From a virus (lineage: Duplodnaviria > Caudoviricetes): a stretch of 35,056 bases of DNA. The stretch lies in IMG/VR virus record IMGVR_UViG_3300032212_000095, positions 1 to 35,056 of that record, one strand, 5' to 3'. The position numbers and the translations under genes are program-made. A model generated the notes under the pieces. It was given only the letters and a program-made list of their open reading frames with translations, was not told the DNA's origin and did no database searches. This document shows, piece by piece, positions 35,051 through 35,056 of this stretch (position 1 is the first letter of the stretch; every line of letters starts with the position of its first letter).

Positions 35051-35056
35051 TACACC

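Noticed and set aside
31858-35056. Group I/II intron or intein explaining the polymerase interruption
   Set aside because: The region is filled with coupled small ORFs, shows no homing endonuclease or reverse transcriptase motifs, and the polymerase half has its own RBS.

Overview
A 35-kb segment of a high-GC tailed phage genome with podovirus-type (T7/BPP-1-like) portal and tail genes. The host is probably an alphaproteobacterium (inferred from protein motifs and promoter style, not proven). From 24377 leftwards on the minus strand runs a complete morphogenesis operon: TerS, TerL, GNAT-like protein, portal, scaffold, major capsid, decoration protein, tail tubular A/B, three ejection proteins (the last a 2874-aa polyvalent protein with two ART-like domains and LPD38) and a tail fibre running off the window. 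A short divergent plus-strand 'early' cassette (24665-26651, including DUF932) has a repeated double-hairpin element ahead of three of its four genes. It converges on a highly structured intergenic element (probable origin) and a minus-strand replication block: Prim-Pol/VapE primase-helicase, a DUF5664-type dNTP diphosphohydrolase, only the C-terminal half of a family A DNA polymerase, and a train of small mosaic genes. No integrase, repressor, lysis genes, tRNA or CRISPR were seen. All family assignments come from motifs recognised by eye and need HMM confirmation.
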